A program made the position numbers and the translations under genes. Below are positions 7,791 through 16,057 of a DNA stretch of 20,589 nucleotides, in pieces. How positions within the stretch are numbered: position 1 is the stretch's first letter; the number at the start of each line of letters is the position of its first letter. Origin of the DNA: an uncultured bacterium (GTDB lineage Bacteria > Lernaellota > Lernaellaia > Lernaellales > Lernaellaceae); NCBI GenBank assembly GCA_964534375.1, contig CAZHPN010000102.1, positions 1 to 20,589 of the forward strand. The letters are read 5' to 3'. The notes under the pieces are model-generated. The model saw only the letters and a list, made by a program, of their open reading frames with translations, did no database searches and was not told where the DNA came from.

Positions 7791-9956
7791 ATGTCCACGG
7801 TAATGCACCACGGCCACGGGTCGTTCAGCAGATCACCATTTCTTTTACTTATGCCCATATTTTTCCCGGTCGTTACCGGCCTTGTAGTTCTGTTGTACCG
7901 GCGCTTCGACGAGTCCTATTTCAACTTGCTCTTTGTCCATGTGGTCGCCGGAGGAATCGCGATGGGCATCGTGCCCTTGGCGTTGCTGTTGTTGACCCGG
8001 AAACGCGGTCGGTGGGAACGCGCTCTGGTCTGGCTGGCCGCCGCATTCTGCCTTCTGTCGTTCGTCGGAGGTTCGCCGGTTGTTTTTCTCTTGCCGCTCA
8101 CGATCTCCATTTGGGCATTGAGCCTGGTTTGGCTGCGGCACCGTTCGTTGCGACCGATGGGGACCGTCCTGTTCTTTTTTCAATTGGCGAGCGCCTGCGG
8201 CATCGCGTCGGTCATCGGCAAACAGGCCAATCTATCGGGCGAATTTCACGGATTGTGGGGGCTTCTCGCGCTGGCCGCGGTCGTTTGGACTCTTTTCGAG
8301 GCGCGGCCAAGACCGCGCTCGCGGCGCGTTTTCTTGGATCCGGCGGTGATCGCCGCCGCCACGGCGATCCTCCTCCTGGTCGGGATTTGGGCGCATCGAA
8401 ATTTCGCCCCGCTCGACAAGCAATATTTTTACTCGCAGACCCCCAATTCCCCGGTGTCCCAAACGGATCGACCAGCGCCGTCAGCGTTATTGCGGTCGGC
8501 CGTGTGCGGGGCGCCCAACTGCCATCCGCTCGAATACGAACAATGGGCCGGGAGCACGCATCGCTTCGCGTCCAACAACCGGCTGTTTCGGCGGATCGTC
8601 AAATTGGCCGAGGAAGACGGCGGCAAGGAAGGCGCTCGCGAATGCGTCAATTGTCACGATCCCGTGGCGACGCTGACGACGGCGGGCCTGGAAAGCTGGC
8701 CCGATCGCGAACCGGGCGCCGACCAGGGCGTCAATTGCCAGGTGTGCCACCTGATGCGCGGCGGGGACCTCGAAAAAGGCGACGGCTACGTTAAGCTGGC
8801 CCGCGAAATCAAATACCCGTATCAGGATTCGCCGCCGGGCACGCCGGGGTTCGAGAAATTCAAAAGATACGTTTTTCTCGATCCACGGCGGCACATCAAG
8901 AATTATCAGCCGCGCAACGTGTTGAACAAATCCGATTATTGTCTGCCCTGCCACCTAATCACCGTCGCGCGGCCCGCAGATGTGGCCAATCCGTTGCGGT
9001 TGCATTTGCTATATTCGCAATGGCGCCGATCGGATTGGGGAAGTCAGCTCAATTGCCAGGATTGCCATCTGCCGATTTTTCAGATCACGCCTTTCAATTA
9101 TTACTCGATGGACCACCGGTTCCTCGGCATCTCCACCGTGCAAGGCCAACTGGCGTATCGCCTCGAAAACGCCGATCCGCGGCGGATCACGGAACAGATC
9201 GCGTACACGAAGGAGTACCTTGCCGGCGCGCTCGATCCCCACGGCAAGCGCCTTTCTGCCGATCCGAACCAACTTCTGACCTGGGTGGATTTCCCGAGGA
9301 AGGCGCTGCCGATTCAAGCCCAGTTCCTTCGCGGCTCTCTGCGGCAAGGCCGTCTGCTTGATTATTTGGACGCCGGATCGAGCTTGCAGGTTCGTTTGAA
9401 AACCGACGGGCCGCGGTTCACGCCGGGAACGCCGTTCACGTTGCACATTCAAACGACGAATGCGCGGGTCGGGCATGACGTGCCTTCCGGCCCGATCGAC
9501 ATGGTGCGGTGCTGGTGCGAGGTGACCGTACGGGACAGCGAGGGCCGGATTGTGCAGCAAAAGGGCGGTCTCGATGAAAACGGCGACGTCCTGCCCGGAA
9601 CGCCGTATTTTGGCTGTTTGGAACTACTCGACGCCGAGGGTCGACCGATTCGCGATCATCGGTTCTGGCGCGCGGCCGAGGTGAGCGCAAAGCGCGTCTT
9701 GCCGGCGTTCTCGACGGTGGACGATGAAATCACGATTTCGCTTGCCGAGGCGGTCGGGAAAGCGGTCGTCATCGAGGCCCGCTGGCGTTATTTACGCATT
9801 AATAAGACATTGTGGAATATGGCGTTCGACGGCGACGGGCCTCCGCAGTCGCCGCTCGAGCTCGGCGGCGCCACAATCGAAATTCCGGCCGCGCCGATAA
9901 CAACCGCGCCCAACAACTCGCGGGCGCCGAACGCCCCACTCTTGGCCTCCCCTTAG
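7791..9956 (+). CDS. Membrane-anchored multiheme c-type cytochrome (cytochrome c554-like heme domain)
   Basis: About 6-7 hydrophobic segments in the first 200 aa. Heme motifs CGAPNCH (CX4CH), CVNCH, CQVCH, CLPCH, CQDCH, with context typical of c554-like domains (YEQWAGSTH, YSQWRRS, VGHDVPSG). Exact start uncertain. Confidence 0.88.
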   Translation: MSTVMHHGHGSFSRSPFLLLMPIFFPVVTGLVVLLYRRFDESYFNLLFVHVVAGGIAMGIVPLALLLLTRKRGRWERALVWLAAAFCLLSFVGGSPVVFLLPLTISIWALSLVWLRHRSLRPMGTVLFFFQLASACGIASVIGKQANLSGEFHGLWGLLALAAVVWTLFEARPRPRSRRVFLDPAVIAAATAILLLVGIWAHRNFAPLDKQYFYSQTPNSPVSQTDRPAPSALLRSAVCGAPNCHPLEYEQWAGSTHRFASNNRLFRRIVKLAEEDGGKEGARECVNCHDPVATLTTAGLESWPDREPGADQGVNCQVCHLMRGGDLEKGDGYVKLAREIKYPYQDSPPGTPGFEKFKRYVFLDPRRHIKNYQPRNVLNKSDYCLPCHLITVARPADVANPLRLHLLYSQWRRSDWGSQLNCQDCHLPIFQITPFNYYSMDHRFLGISTVQGQLAYRLENADPRRITEQIAYTKEYLAGALDPHGKRLSADPNQLLTWVDFPRKALPIQAQFLRGSLRQGRLLDYLDAGSSLQVRLKTDGPRFTPGTPFTLHIQTTNARVGHDVPSGPIDMVRCWCEVTVRDSEGRIVQQKGGLDENGDVLPGTPYFGCLELLDAEGRPIRDHRFWRAAEVSAKRVLPAFSTVDDEITISLAEAVGKAVVIEARWRYLRINKTLWNMAFDGDGPPQSPLELGGATIEIPAAPITTAPNNSRAPNAPLLASP

Positions 9957-10066
9957 CCAACTGTTTGTTAATGGCATAATTCCGCAAGTTTCGGATCGTC
10001 GTCGCTACCCTTGATTTGAGAAATGAGCGGATCAGGCGAAAAATCGTCACGGTGTCGGATTCAAGA

Positions 10067-11485
10067 TCATGGATCGGATGACAAATCGAGCGACGCGGGG
10101 TCTACCTGCACAATCCCACACCCGTTGGCGATCAAGATCGTGCCGTCATCGGCAGCTTTTACGGTTCGCGTGCCCTTCCCGACAAGATAGGTTTTCTTGA
10201 GAACCGTGTTTCGTTCCAGATTCACGACTCGCATCTCGCCGGTAAAGAAATTCGGCGCGAACAGGAGCTTTCCTCGCTGATCGACGGCGAAATTGCGGGC
10301 GCCCCGCGGAATCGGCACATCTCGGATGCGGTTAAGGTCTGCATCGAACATTACGCCGCCGCCGGACCAGGGGTCGTTAACGACGAACAAATTCGTGTCG
10401 TCGAGCCATTTAATATCAAAATAACCAAACACGCCCCCGCTGGTTGTGGCCACGGACCTTCTCTCGGCGAGATCATATTTAAATAGACTCGGCCGACCTG
10501 CCTTCACAAGTATGTCGTTAGACCAGGTACCGTATACGTCATGACCGCGCACAATCAGCGACCAAGCGGGACTGGGCAACCCCAACTCCGTAATGGCGTC
10601 TTGGTCCGGATGGTAAATGTACGAGAAATTTTCAATCAAAATCAACAAGGTGCGCCCGTACGGCTGAATGTCGGCCAGGTAGTAAGTGTCGCGGGGATGG
10701 GGAAGCGGCGTGCGGCGCTTGACGACGCCATCCACAGAAAACCGAACGAGGTCGGTGGCGGAAACGCCACGGCCGACGTTTGGCGGATTGTCAACGACGA
10801 CGGCATAAACGTCGCCGTTGTCGGGAAAGCGTCGAAGCGCGAGCACCTCGCCGCGGCTGAGCCAAGAAACCCGCGCGCCGGTTGCGGCGTCGAGGCAGTC
10901 CAGCGTGTATTTGTTGCCGTGAGACGTGATGCCGCGCCGGGAATAAAACAAGATTTTTGGCGTGCCGTCGATGGCCATAAAGTTCCGGATTAATCCGGTG
11001 TAGCGCCAGTCCACGGCGTCGACCAAGAAGCAAATGCCCTTTTGCCGCGCCACGCGTCCGCACTCCACCGCCGACGGAGCGGAATCGCCGGCGACCGACA
11101 GGCAAAATAGCACGAAAAAGGGAACCGCAAGACAGTGCAGAGGGTCCCACTTAAGAAAAGCGGCGGAACGAAAACGGAAAACCGCGGCATAGAAAGCCAG
11201 CGGCACGAGCAGAAGGGCTGGCCGCCAACCATAAACCGCGACGACAAAAATCGAAGCGGCGTCGGCGGTGAGAAGCAGCAGCAAGGCGCGCGCCAGCTTG
11301 GCGTACAACTTTTTCCGAATGCGCGGCGTCCTGCGCAGCACTGCGAAAGCGACCGTCGGCGCCACACATAGGACCAGGGCGAGGATACTACTCGAAACGC
11401 CCAAAGTCATATAGGCGAGTCCGGGGGTCATGAGCGCGCTGTCGGCCAGGATTTGGGAGGCGCCGGCAATTTTTCGCTTGTTCAT
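10067..11485 (-). CDS. Membrane protein: about 4 N-terminal TM helices + soluble beta-rich, probably propeller-like domain
   Basis: Long ORF with hydrophobic N-terminus, then beta-strand-rich repeats (RNFAVDQRGKLLFAPNFFTGEMRVVNLE, GTRTVKAADDGTILIA) resembling YncE/YVTN propellers. ATG 11485 chosen; TTG 11527 is an alternative. Confidence 0.7.
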   Translation of the reverse strand: MNKRKIAGASQILADSALMTPGLAYMTLGVSSSILALVLCVAPTVAFAVLRRTPRIRKKLYAKLARALLLLLTADAASIFVVAVYGWRPALLLVPLAFYAAVFRFRSAAFLKWDPLHCLAVPFFVLFCLSVAGDSAPSAVECGRVARQKGICFLVDAVDWRYTGLIRNFMAIDGTPKILFYSRRGITSHGNKYTLDCLDAATGARVSWLSRGEVLALRRFPDNGDVYAVVVDNPPNVGRGVSATDLVRFSVDGVVKRRTPLPHPRDTYYLADIQPYGRTLLILIENFSYIYHPDQDAITELGLPSPAWSLIVRGHDVYGTWSNDILVKAGRPSLFKYDLAERRSVATTSGGVFGYFDIKWLDDTNLFVVNDPWSGGGVMFDADLNRIRDVPIPRGARNFAVDQRGKLLFAPNFFTGEMRVVNLERNTVLKKTYLVGKGTRTVKAADDGTILIANGCGIVQVDPASLDLSSDP

Positions 11486-11578
11486 CCCGACTCGCCCTCG
11501 GATTCGGCAGAACTTTCTCGTTTGCAAAAATGAACGGGCTGCATGGTTGTTGTCAAACTCTCTGCCGCATTCAACGGA

Positions 11579-12853
11579 TCAACCATGCTCGGAACTCGGC
11601 GAGACGCCACGAAAAAGCACGTCATAAATGCACATCGGCGTCAGCCCGTCGGGCGTCAAATAAAGCGTGTGGCACTGCGCCGTGTCGCCGATGTGGAGGC
11701 AGCGCGCCGAGTGCAGTTTCTCGACGCACAGATACAGCAAACCCTGCGGCATTTCGTGGCTGTCGATCGCGAACAGGTGTTTCATCATGTACCACGCCTG
11801 CGGCGCAAATCGCGCCATGCCCGGCAGCCTGCGCGGTTGCGTCAGCCATACTGCGGGAACGAAGTCGTCCGCCCGGCCGACCAACGGCATCGAGAAAAAG
11901 CAAACCCGCTGCTGAAAATCGACGTGCCCTGTCCAGCGGTGCAGGCGGCCCAAAAAACGCATGGTGGCGAGCCAATCCGCTCGTTGCACGCGCCCGCCGG
12001 TTTGCTCCGCGACCAGGTCCATCAGATCTTCCGCGTGCAGATGTTCGTCGGCAAGCCCCAAACCGTCGCGCCCGATCGGCGACGCCGGCAGCAAGGTGAT
12101 ATGCCGCACGTTCGGCGCCGTGAAACCGAAGCGAATCAGCTCGCCGACCTGGTGGTCGTTGACGCCGGCGACGATCATCGATGCGAGGCTGATCTGAAAT
12201 CCCGTGCGGGACAACGTGTCCAAAATGCGCAGCTTCCGCTCCAAAAGATCCTGCCCGCGCAGGCGCACATAGATTTCCCGCTCGAAGCCGTCGAACTGGT
12301 ACATGATCCACTTGAGGCCTTGCGCCTTCAGTTCGGCGGCAAACGCCGGGTCCTCCAGCCGCAAGCCGTTCGTCACGAGCTTGAGGCGGAACCCCATCCG
12401 CACGATTTCGCGCACGAGGTGCGGGAGGTCTTCGCGCAATGTCGGTTCGCCGCCCAACAGTGCGATCCATAGCCGTTTCCGCGGCAGTTTGTCCAGGCGA
12501 CTCAGAATTTCTTCGGAGGTCATCGGCGGCGGCGACGATTCGTTGGCCGACGCGTAGCACATCGGGCACCGCAAGTTGCACTCGGGCGTCAAGTCGACGG
12601 CGACGACGCGCGCGTTTTCGAGGGCGACCAGGTTGTGCGGCGAGCGGTTTTCCGCGAAGGAATGATTCGGCGCGGCGAGGCGCGCGGCCTCGTGATAAAA
12701 ATCCGCGTCTTTCTGATACAACATTCGGGCCGGGCCGTGTTCCGGACACTCGACCGCGAGATACACGGCGCCGTTGCTTTCCTGCACGGCCGCCGGCAAC
12801 ACCCGCCGGCATTGCGGACAACAACTCCGCGTCGCCGGCTGTTCATCAACCAT
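11579..12853 (-). CDS. Radical SAM enzyme of the Tes/GDGT-MAS (MJ0619)-like family with N-terminal rubredoxin-like metal site
   Basis: N-terminal TRSCCPQC...VECPEHG, radical SAM motif CNLRCPMC, GGEPT, VTNG, QFDG, GVNDHQVG, and C-terminal CHTLYLTPDGLTPMCIY resembling the recalled CCIHYATPDGRIIPFC signature. Confidence 0.85.
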   Translation of the reverse strand: MVDEQPATRSCCPQCRRVLPAAVQESNGAVYLAVECPEHGPARMLYQKDADFYHEAARLAAPNHSFAENRSPHNLVALENARVVAVDLTPECNLRCPMCYASANESSPPPMTSEEILSRLDKLPRKRLWIALLGGEPTLREDLPHLVREIVRMGFRLKLVTNGLRLEDPAFAAELKAQGLKWIMYQFDGFEREIYVRLRGQDLLERKLRILDTLSRTGFQISLASMIVAGVNDHQVGELIRFGFTAPNVRHITLLPASPIGRDGLGLADEHLHAEDLMDLVAEQTGGRVQRADWLATMRFLGRLHRWTGHVDFQQRVCFFSMPLVGRADDFVPAVWLTQPRRLPGMARFAPQAWYMMKHLFAIDSHEMPQGLLYLCVEKLHSARCLHIGDTAQCHTLYLTPDGLTPMCIYDVLFRGVSPSSEHG

Positions 12854-12914
12854 CGCGAACCCCTGAAATTCGTCCGGAACTCAACGAAGAGGCCCGGAAT
12901 TCCCCGCCAAAATC

Positions 12915-12944
12915 ACCATAACGCCGCCGCGTGCTTTGCGTCAA
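12915..12944 (-). promoter_or_regulatory. Candidate sigma70 promoter for the Tes-like gene
   Basis: Minus strand TTGACG (12944-12939), 18-bp spacer, TATGGT (12920-12915), in the 114-bp gap. Confidence 0.5.
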
Positions 12945-12967
12945 CGCGCGCCGGCCGGCGCCCAGTG

Positions 12968-13702
12968 TCACCCGGGTTTCCGCGCCGTGATCATGATTTC
13001 GACGCCGAAAGGAAACCGCACGCGGCGGATCAGCGACGCCTCGAGAAACAGCACCGACTTCAAAAGCGAATTGGCGACGCGGCCGGTCGGGGCGATGTCG
13101 ACGGCCGGCGCGCTTTTCGAGGCGTTTTTCCATTTCTTCACGAGAAAAACGATGGGGAACAGCAACGAATTGGCGTAATTGGCGCGAATGATCTGAAATC
13201 CGGCGGCCCTCGTCTTGTCGCGCAGTTCGCTCAGGCGGTAGCGTTTGGCGCCGTCGAAAATCTCGTCGTGGCGGCCGAACATCGACGGGCAGGCCACGTC
13301 CGTGAGCAGGATGACGCCGCCGGGCTTGCACACGCGGTGCATCTCGCGCAGCACGCCCAGATCGCTGTTCACCGACTTGTGCGAAATGGCGTCGTTGCAG
13401 GCGACGAAATCGAAAAGGGCGTCGCCGAACGGCAGCGAATTGATGTCCGCGCCGACGAGGCGTTCGAGGCCGCGCCGGCGGCAATAAGCGAGCGCCTTCG
13501 GGGAAAAATCGCAACCGCACACGTCGTGGCCGGCGTTTTGCAAATCGCGCAGAAAACCGCCGGGGCCGCAGGCGAGTTCGAGCGTCCGCGGGCGATCCGG
13601 CAACAAGCCGCGCAGCATCGCGAGGCGTATTTTTCGCATGCCGAGAAACCACCAATGGATGTCTTCGAGTTGAAAATACAAATCGTAAAGCGAGGGATGC
13701 AT
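12968..13702 (-). CDS. Class I SAM-dependent methyltransferase
   Basis: LELACGPG motif I, CGCDFS, LPFGDALFDFV, RVCKPGG. The N-terminal EDIHWWF and the HDE...KRY motifs are typical of methyltransferases found beside glycosyltransferases. Confidence 0.9.
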   Translation of the reverse strand: MHPSLYDLYFQLEDIHWWFLGMRKIRLAMLRGLLPDRPRTLELACGPGGFLRDLQNAGHDVCGCDFSPKALAYCRRRGLERLVGADINSLPFGDALFDFVACNDAISHKSVNSDLGVLREMHRVCKPGGVILLTDVACPSMFGRHDEIFDGAKRYRLSELRDKTRAAGFQIIRANYANSLLFPIVFLVKKWKNASKSAPAVDIAPTGRVANSLLKSVLFLEASLIRRVRFPFGVEIMITARKPG

Positions 13703-13709
13703 GGTCCGT

Positions 13710-14453
13710 TTACTCCGCCGGGAAAAACAACCGCGGCCGCGCCAGGCCCGTTTTCGCGAGGCAATATTTCATCAGCACGAGCAGCGTCCCGAGGCCGTAT
13801 TTGACGCTGGCCCCGAAGCCGGCGGACGAAGCGCCGTCGAAGTAGCGCGTCTCGACATCGGCCATGCCGACGCGCAAAACGCGAAACATGAACTGGGCGT
13901 TGAGCTCTTCGTCGAACAAAAAGCCGTCGCTGTTCCGCGAAAAATCGATCGCCTCGAGAACCCGTCGGCTATACGCCTTGTACCCGGTCGAATAATCGGC
14001 GAGCCGCCGCCCAAAGACGCCGTTTTCGAGCGCGTTCAGAAATTTGTTCCCCGCGATCTTGTAAAGCGGCATGCCGCCGCGGCGCAAATTGTGCCGCCGA
14101 ACGCCGAAGACGACGTCGGCTTCGCCGGCCGCGATTGGCGCGACCAGCGCGGGAATTCGGCGCGGATCGTATTGAAAATCGCCGTGCAACATGACGAATA
14201 TTTCCGCGTCCGGTTTGTCGCGCAGCATGAAACGGTAGCAGCTTTTTTGGTTCGCGCCGTACCCGAGGTTGCGCTCGTGCGCCACGAGCGGCAGGCCGAG
14301 CCGCCGGGCCAGGGCGGCCGTGCCGTCGGAACTGCAATCGTCCGAAACGACGATGTAATCGACCGCGTCGGGAATGTCGCGCCGCACGCGTTCGAGCGTT
14401 CGTTCCGCGTTGTACGCGATGATGCCGACATAAACCTTCTTACCGTCAATCAA
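13710..14453 (-). CDS. Glycosyltransferase family 2 (DPM1/polyprenol-phosphate glycosyltransferase-like)
   Basis: IAYNAERTL, VSDDCSSDGT, RNLGYGANQK, MLHGDFQYDP, DYSTGYKAY. TTG start with upstream GGCGGAG. Confidence 0.9.
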   Translation of the reverse strand: MIDGKKVYVGIIAYNAERTLERVRRDIPDAVDYIVVSDDCSSDGTAALARRLGLPLVAHERNLGYGANQKSCYRFMLRDKPDAEIFVMLHGDFQYDPRRIPALVAPIAAGEADVVFGVRRHNLRRGGMPLYKIAGNKFLNALENGVFGRRLADYSTGYKAYSRRVLEAIDFSRNSDGFLFDEELNAQFMFRVLRVGMADVETRYFDGASSAGFGASVKYGLGTLLVLMKYCLAKTGLARPRLFFPAE

Positions 14454-14480
14454 TCGAACTCTCCGCCGCCGAATGACGCC

Positions 14481-15884
14481 TCACCACTTCGTCCGCAGCC
14501 AAAGCCGCAGGTCCTTGAACACGGTCCGCTTTTTCAGGCTGGAAACGAGCCGCCGCGCCAGAAATTCGGGGCGCAGGTAAAATTGCCGATAGGCCCGCCG
14601 GTAAATGCGCGCCAATTCCGCCGGCGGAAGATTCGGGTGCGTATACACCGGGTCGTCGACGAAATTGAACAGATACCGCGACCAGTCGTGCGAGTTAATG
14701 CGGCCCTCCGCCGACCACTCGGCGAACAGCGGCGTGCCCGGATTCGGCGTCGCCACGCTGAATTTCGCCAAATCCAGCCGCAGCGCCTTGGCGAAATCGA
14801 CGGTCTGCTGTGCGGTCGCGGCGGTTTCGCCCGGCAGCCCGAAAATGAAAAACCCGAGGGTCTCCAAGCCGCTTTCGCGCGCCGCCCCCACGCCTTGGCG
14901 AATCTGGTCGAGCGTCGTGCCTTTTTTCACGCGATCCAGGATCGCTTGATTGCCCGACTCGATCCCGAACGAAACGCGCAGGCAGCCGGCCTTTTTCATC
15001 ATGACCAGCGCTTCTTTCGTCCATTGGTCGGCGGCAAAACCGCTCAGCGCGGTCCAGTGAAACTTCAAATCCTTCTTCTGAATCATCTCGCAAAGGTCGA
15101 CGATCCGCTGGACGTCGGTTCCGAAGCCGTCGTCGATGAAATGAATCCATCGGAATCCGGCGCGCAGCATCGACTCGATTTCCGCCACGATGCGGGCCGG
15201 CGATTTTGGGCGAAACACCCGGCCGAAGAGGGTTTTGTTGCAGAAGATGCACTGATGCCGGCAGCCCCGGCTGGATTCGAGATACCCGGCCGGCCCGCGC
15301 GGCGCGAGCACGGAGGTGCCTTTGTATTTTTCGATTTCCACGAGATCGTGCCGGGGCATGCCGAGCGCGTCGAGGTCTTCGATCAACGGCGGGCGCGCGT
15401 TGACGACGACGGCGCCGTCGCGCCTGTACGCGACGCCGGGCACATCGTCCGGTTTTCCGGCGTCGACCAGTTGGCGAAAAACGAGGTCGCCTTCGCCGTG
15501 CACCACGTAATCCACCGCGGGCGATTCCAGCGCCTCGGCCGGGCGCACGGTCGGGTGGACGCCGCCGATCACGGTTTTCGCGGCCGGCGCCGCGGTTTTC
15601 GCGATCGCCGCGCACTCGAGCGCCATCGGAAACGCGGGCGTGTTGGCGGTCGCGCCCACATAATCCGGGGCAAATTCTTTGGCGACCGCGGCCAGCTTCG
15701 CGCGCCATTGTTCGGCGTAAAGGTCCAGATCGAGAAATTGCAAACGGAAGTCGCCGGCGAACGAAGCGGCGACCTGCAGCAGGGAAATCGGCGGACTTTC
15801 CAGCAACTCGGCCCCGACCGTCGTGCGGCGATAGGCGTGCGTTCCGACCGGGGGATTGACCAACAGCACTTTGCCCGCGGACAT
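14481..15884 (-). CDS. B12-binding-domain radical SAM enzyme (class B/BchE-HpnJ-like)
   Basis: LLVNPP, IGGVHPT, VVHGEGD (cobalamin-binding domain), SRGCRHQCIFC, FIDD, GIESG, FIFGLPGET, TPNPGTPL. Confidence 0.92.
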   Translation of the reverse strand: MSAGKVLLVNPPVGTHAYRRTTVGAELLESPPISLLQVAASFAGDFRLQFLDLDLYAEQWRAKLAAVAKEFAPDYVGATANTPAFPMALECAAIAKTAAPAAKTVIGGVHPTVRPAEALESPAVDYVVHGEGDLVFRQLVDAGKPDDVPGVAYRRDGAVVVNARPPLIEDLDALGMPRHDLVEIEKYKGTSVLAPRGPAGYLESSRGCRHQCIFCNKTLFGRVFRPKSPARIVAEIESMLRAGFRWIHFIDDGFGTDVQRIVDLCEMIQKKDLKFHWTALSGFAADQWTKEALVMMKKAGCLRVSFGIESGNQAILDRVKKGTTLDQIRQGVGAARESGLETLGFFIFGLPGETAATAQQTVDFAKALRLDLAKFSVATPNPGTPLFAEWSAEGRINSHDWSRYLFNFVDDPVYTHPNLPPAELARIYRRAYRQFYLRPEFLARRLVSSLKKRTVFKDLRLWLRTKW

Positions 15885-15953
15885 CGTGGTGCTTTCGCGC
15901 TCCTCTTTTGCTCGCCGATCCGTATTTTGAGCCGCGCCGGCGCCGCAGTCGGC

Positions 15954-15982
15954 ACCCTAACAAACCGACCGCGCTTCGGCAA
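15954..15982 (-). promoter_or_regulatory. Candidate leftward promoter for the B12-rSAM/GT2/MTase operon
   Basis: Minus strand TTGCCG (15982-15977), 17-bp spacer, TAGGGT (15959-15954) with extended -10 TGn. Confidence 0.45.
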
Positions 15983-16008
15983 TCATCAATTCGGACGCGC
16001 GTGCGCGG

Positions 16009-16038
16009 TTGACAGTCCAAAAGGCGCCTGCCAATAAT
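16009..16038 (+). promoter_or_regulatory. Candidate rightward promoter for the second B12-rSAM
   Basis: TTGACA (16009-16014), 18-bp spacer, AATAAT (16033-16038). GAGGA RBS lies before ATG 16058. Confidence 0.5.
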
Positions 16039-16057
16039 CGCCCGCGGAAAGAGGACG

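Noticed and set aside
13701..16037. 778-aa plus-strand ORF
   Set aside because: Antisense shadow of the GT2 and B12-rSAM genes, which carry clear family motifs.
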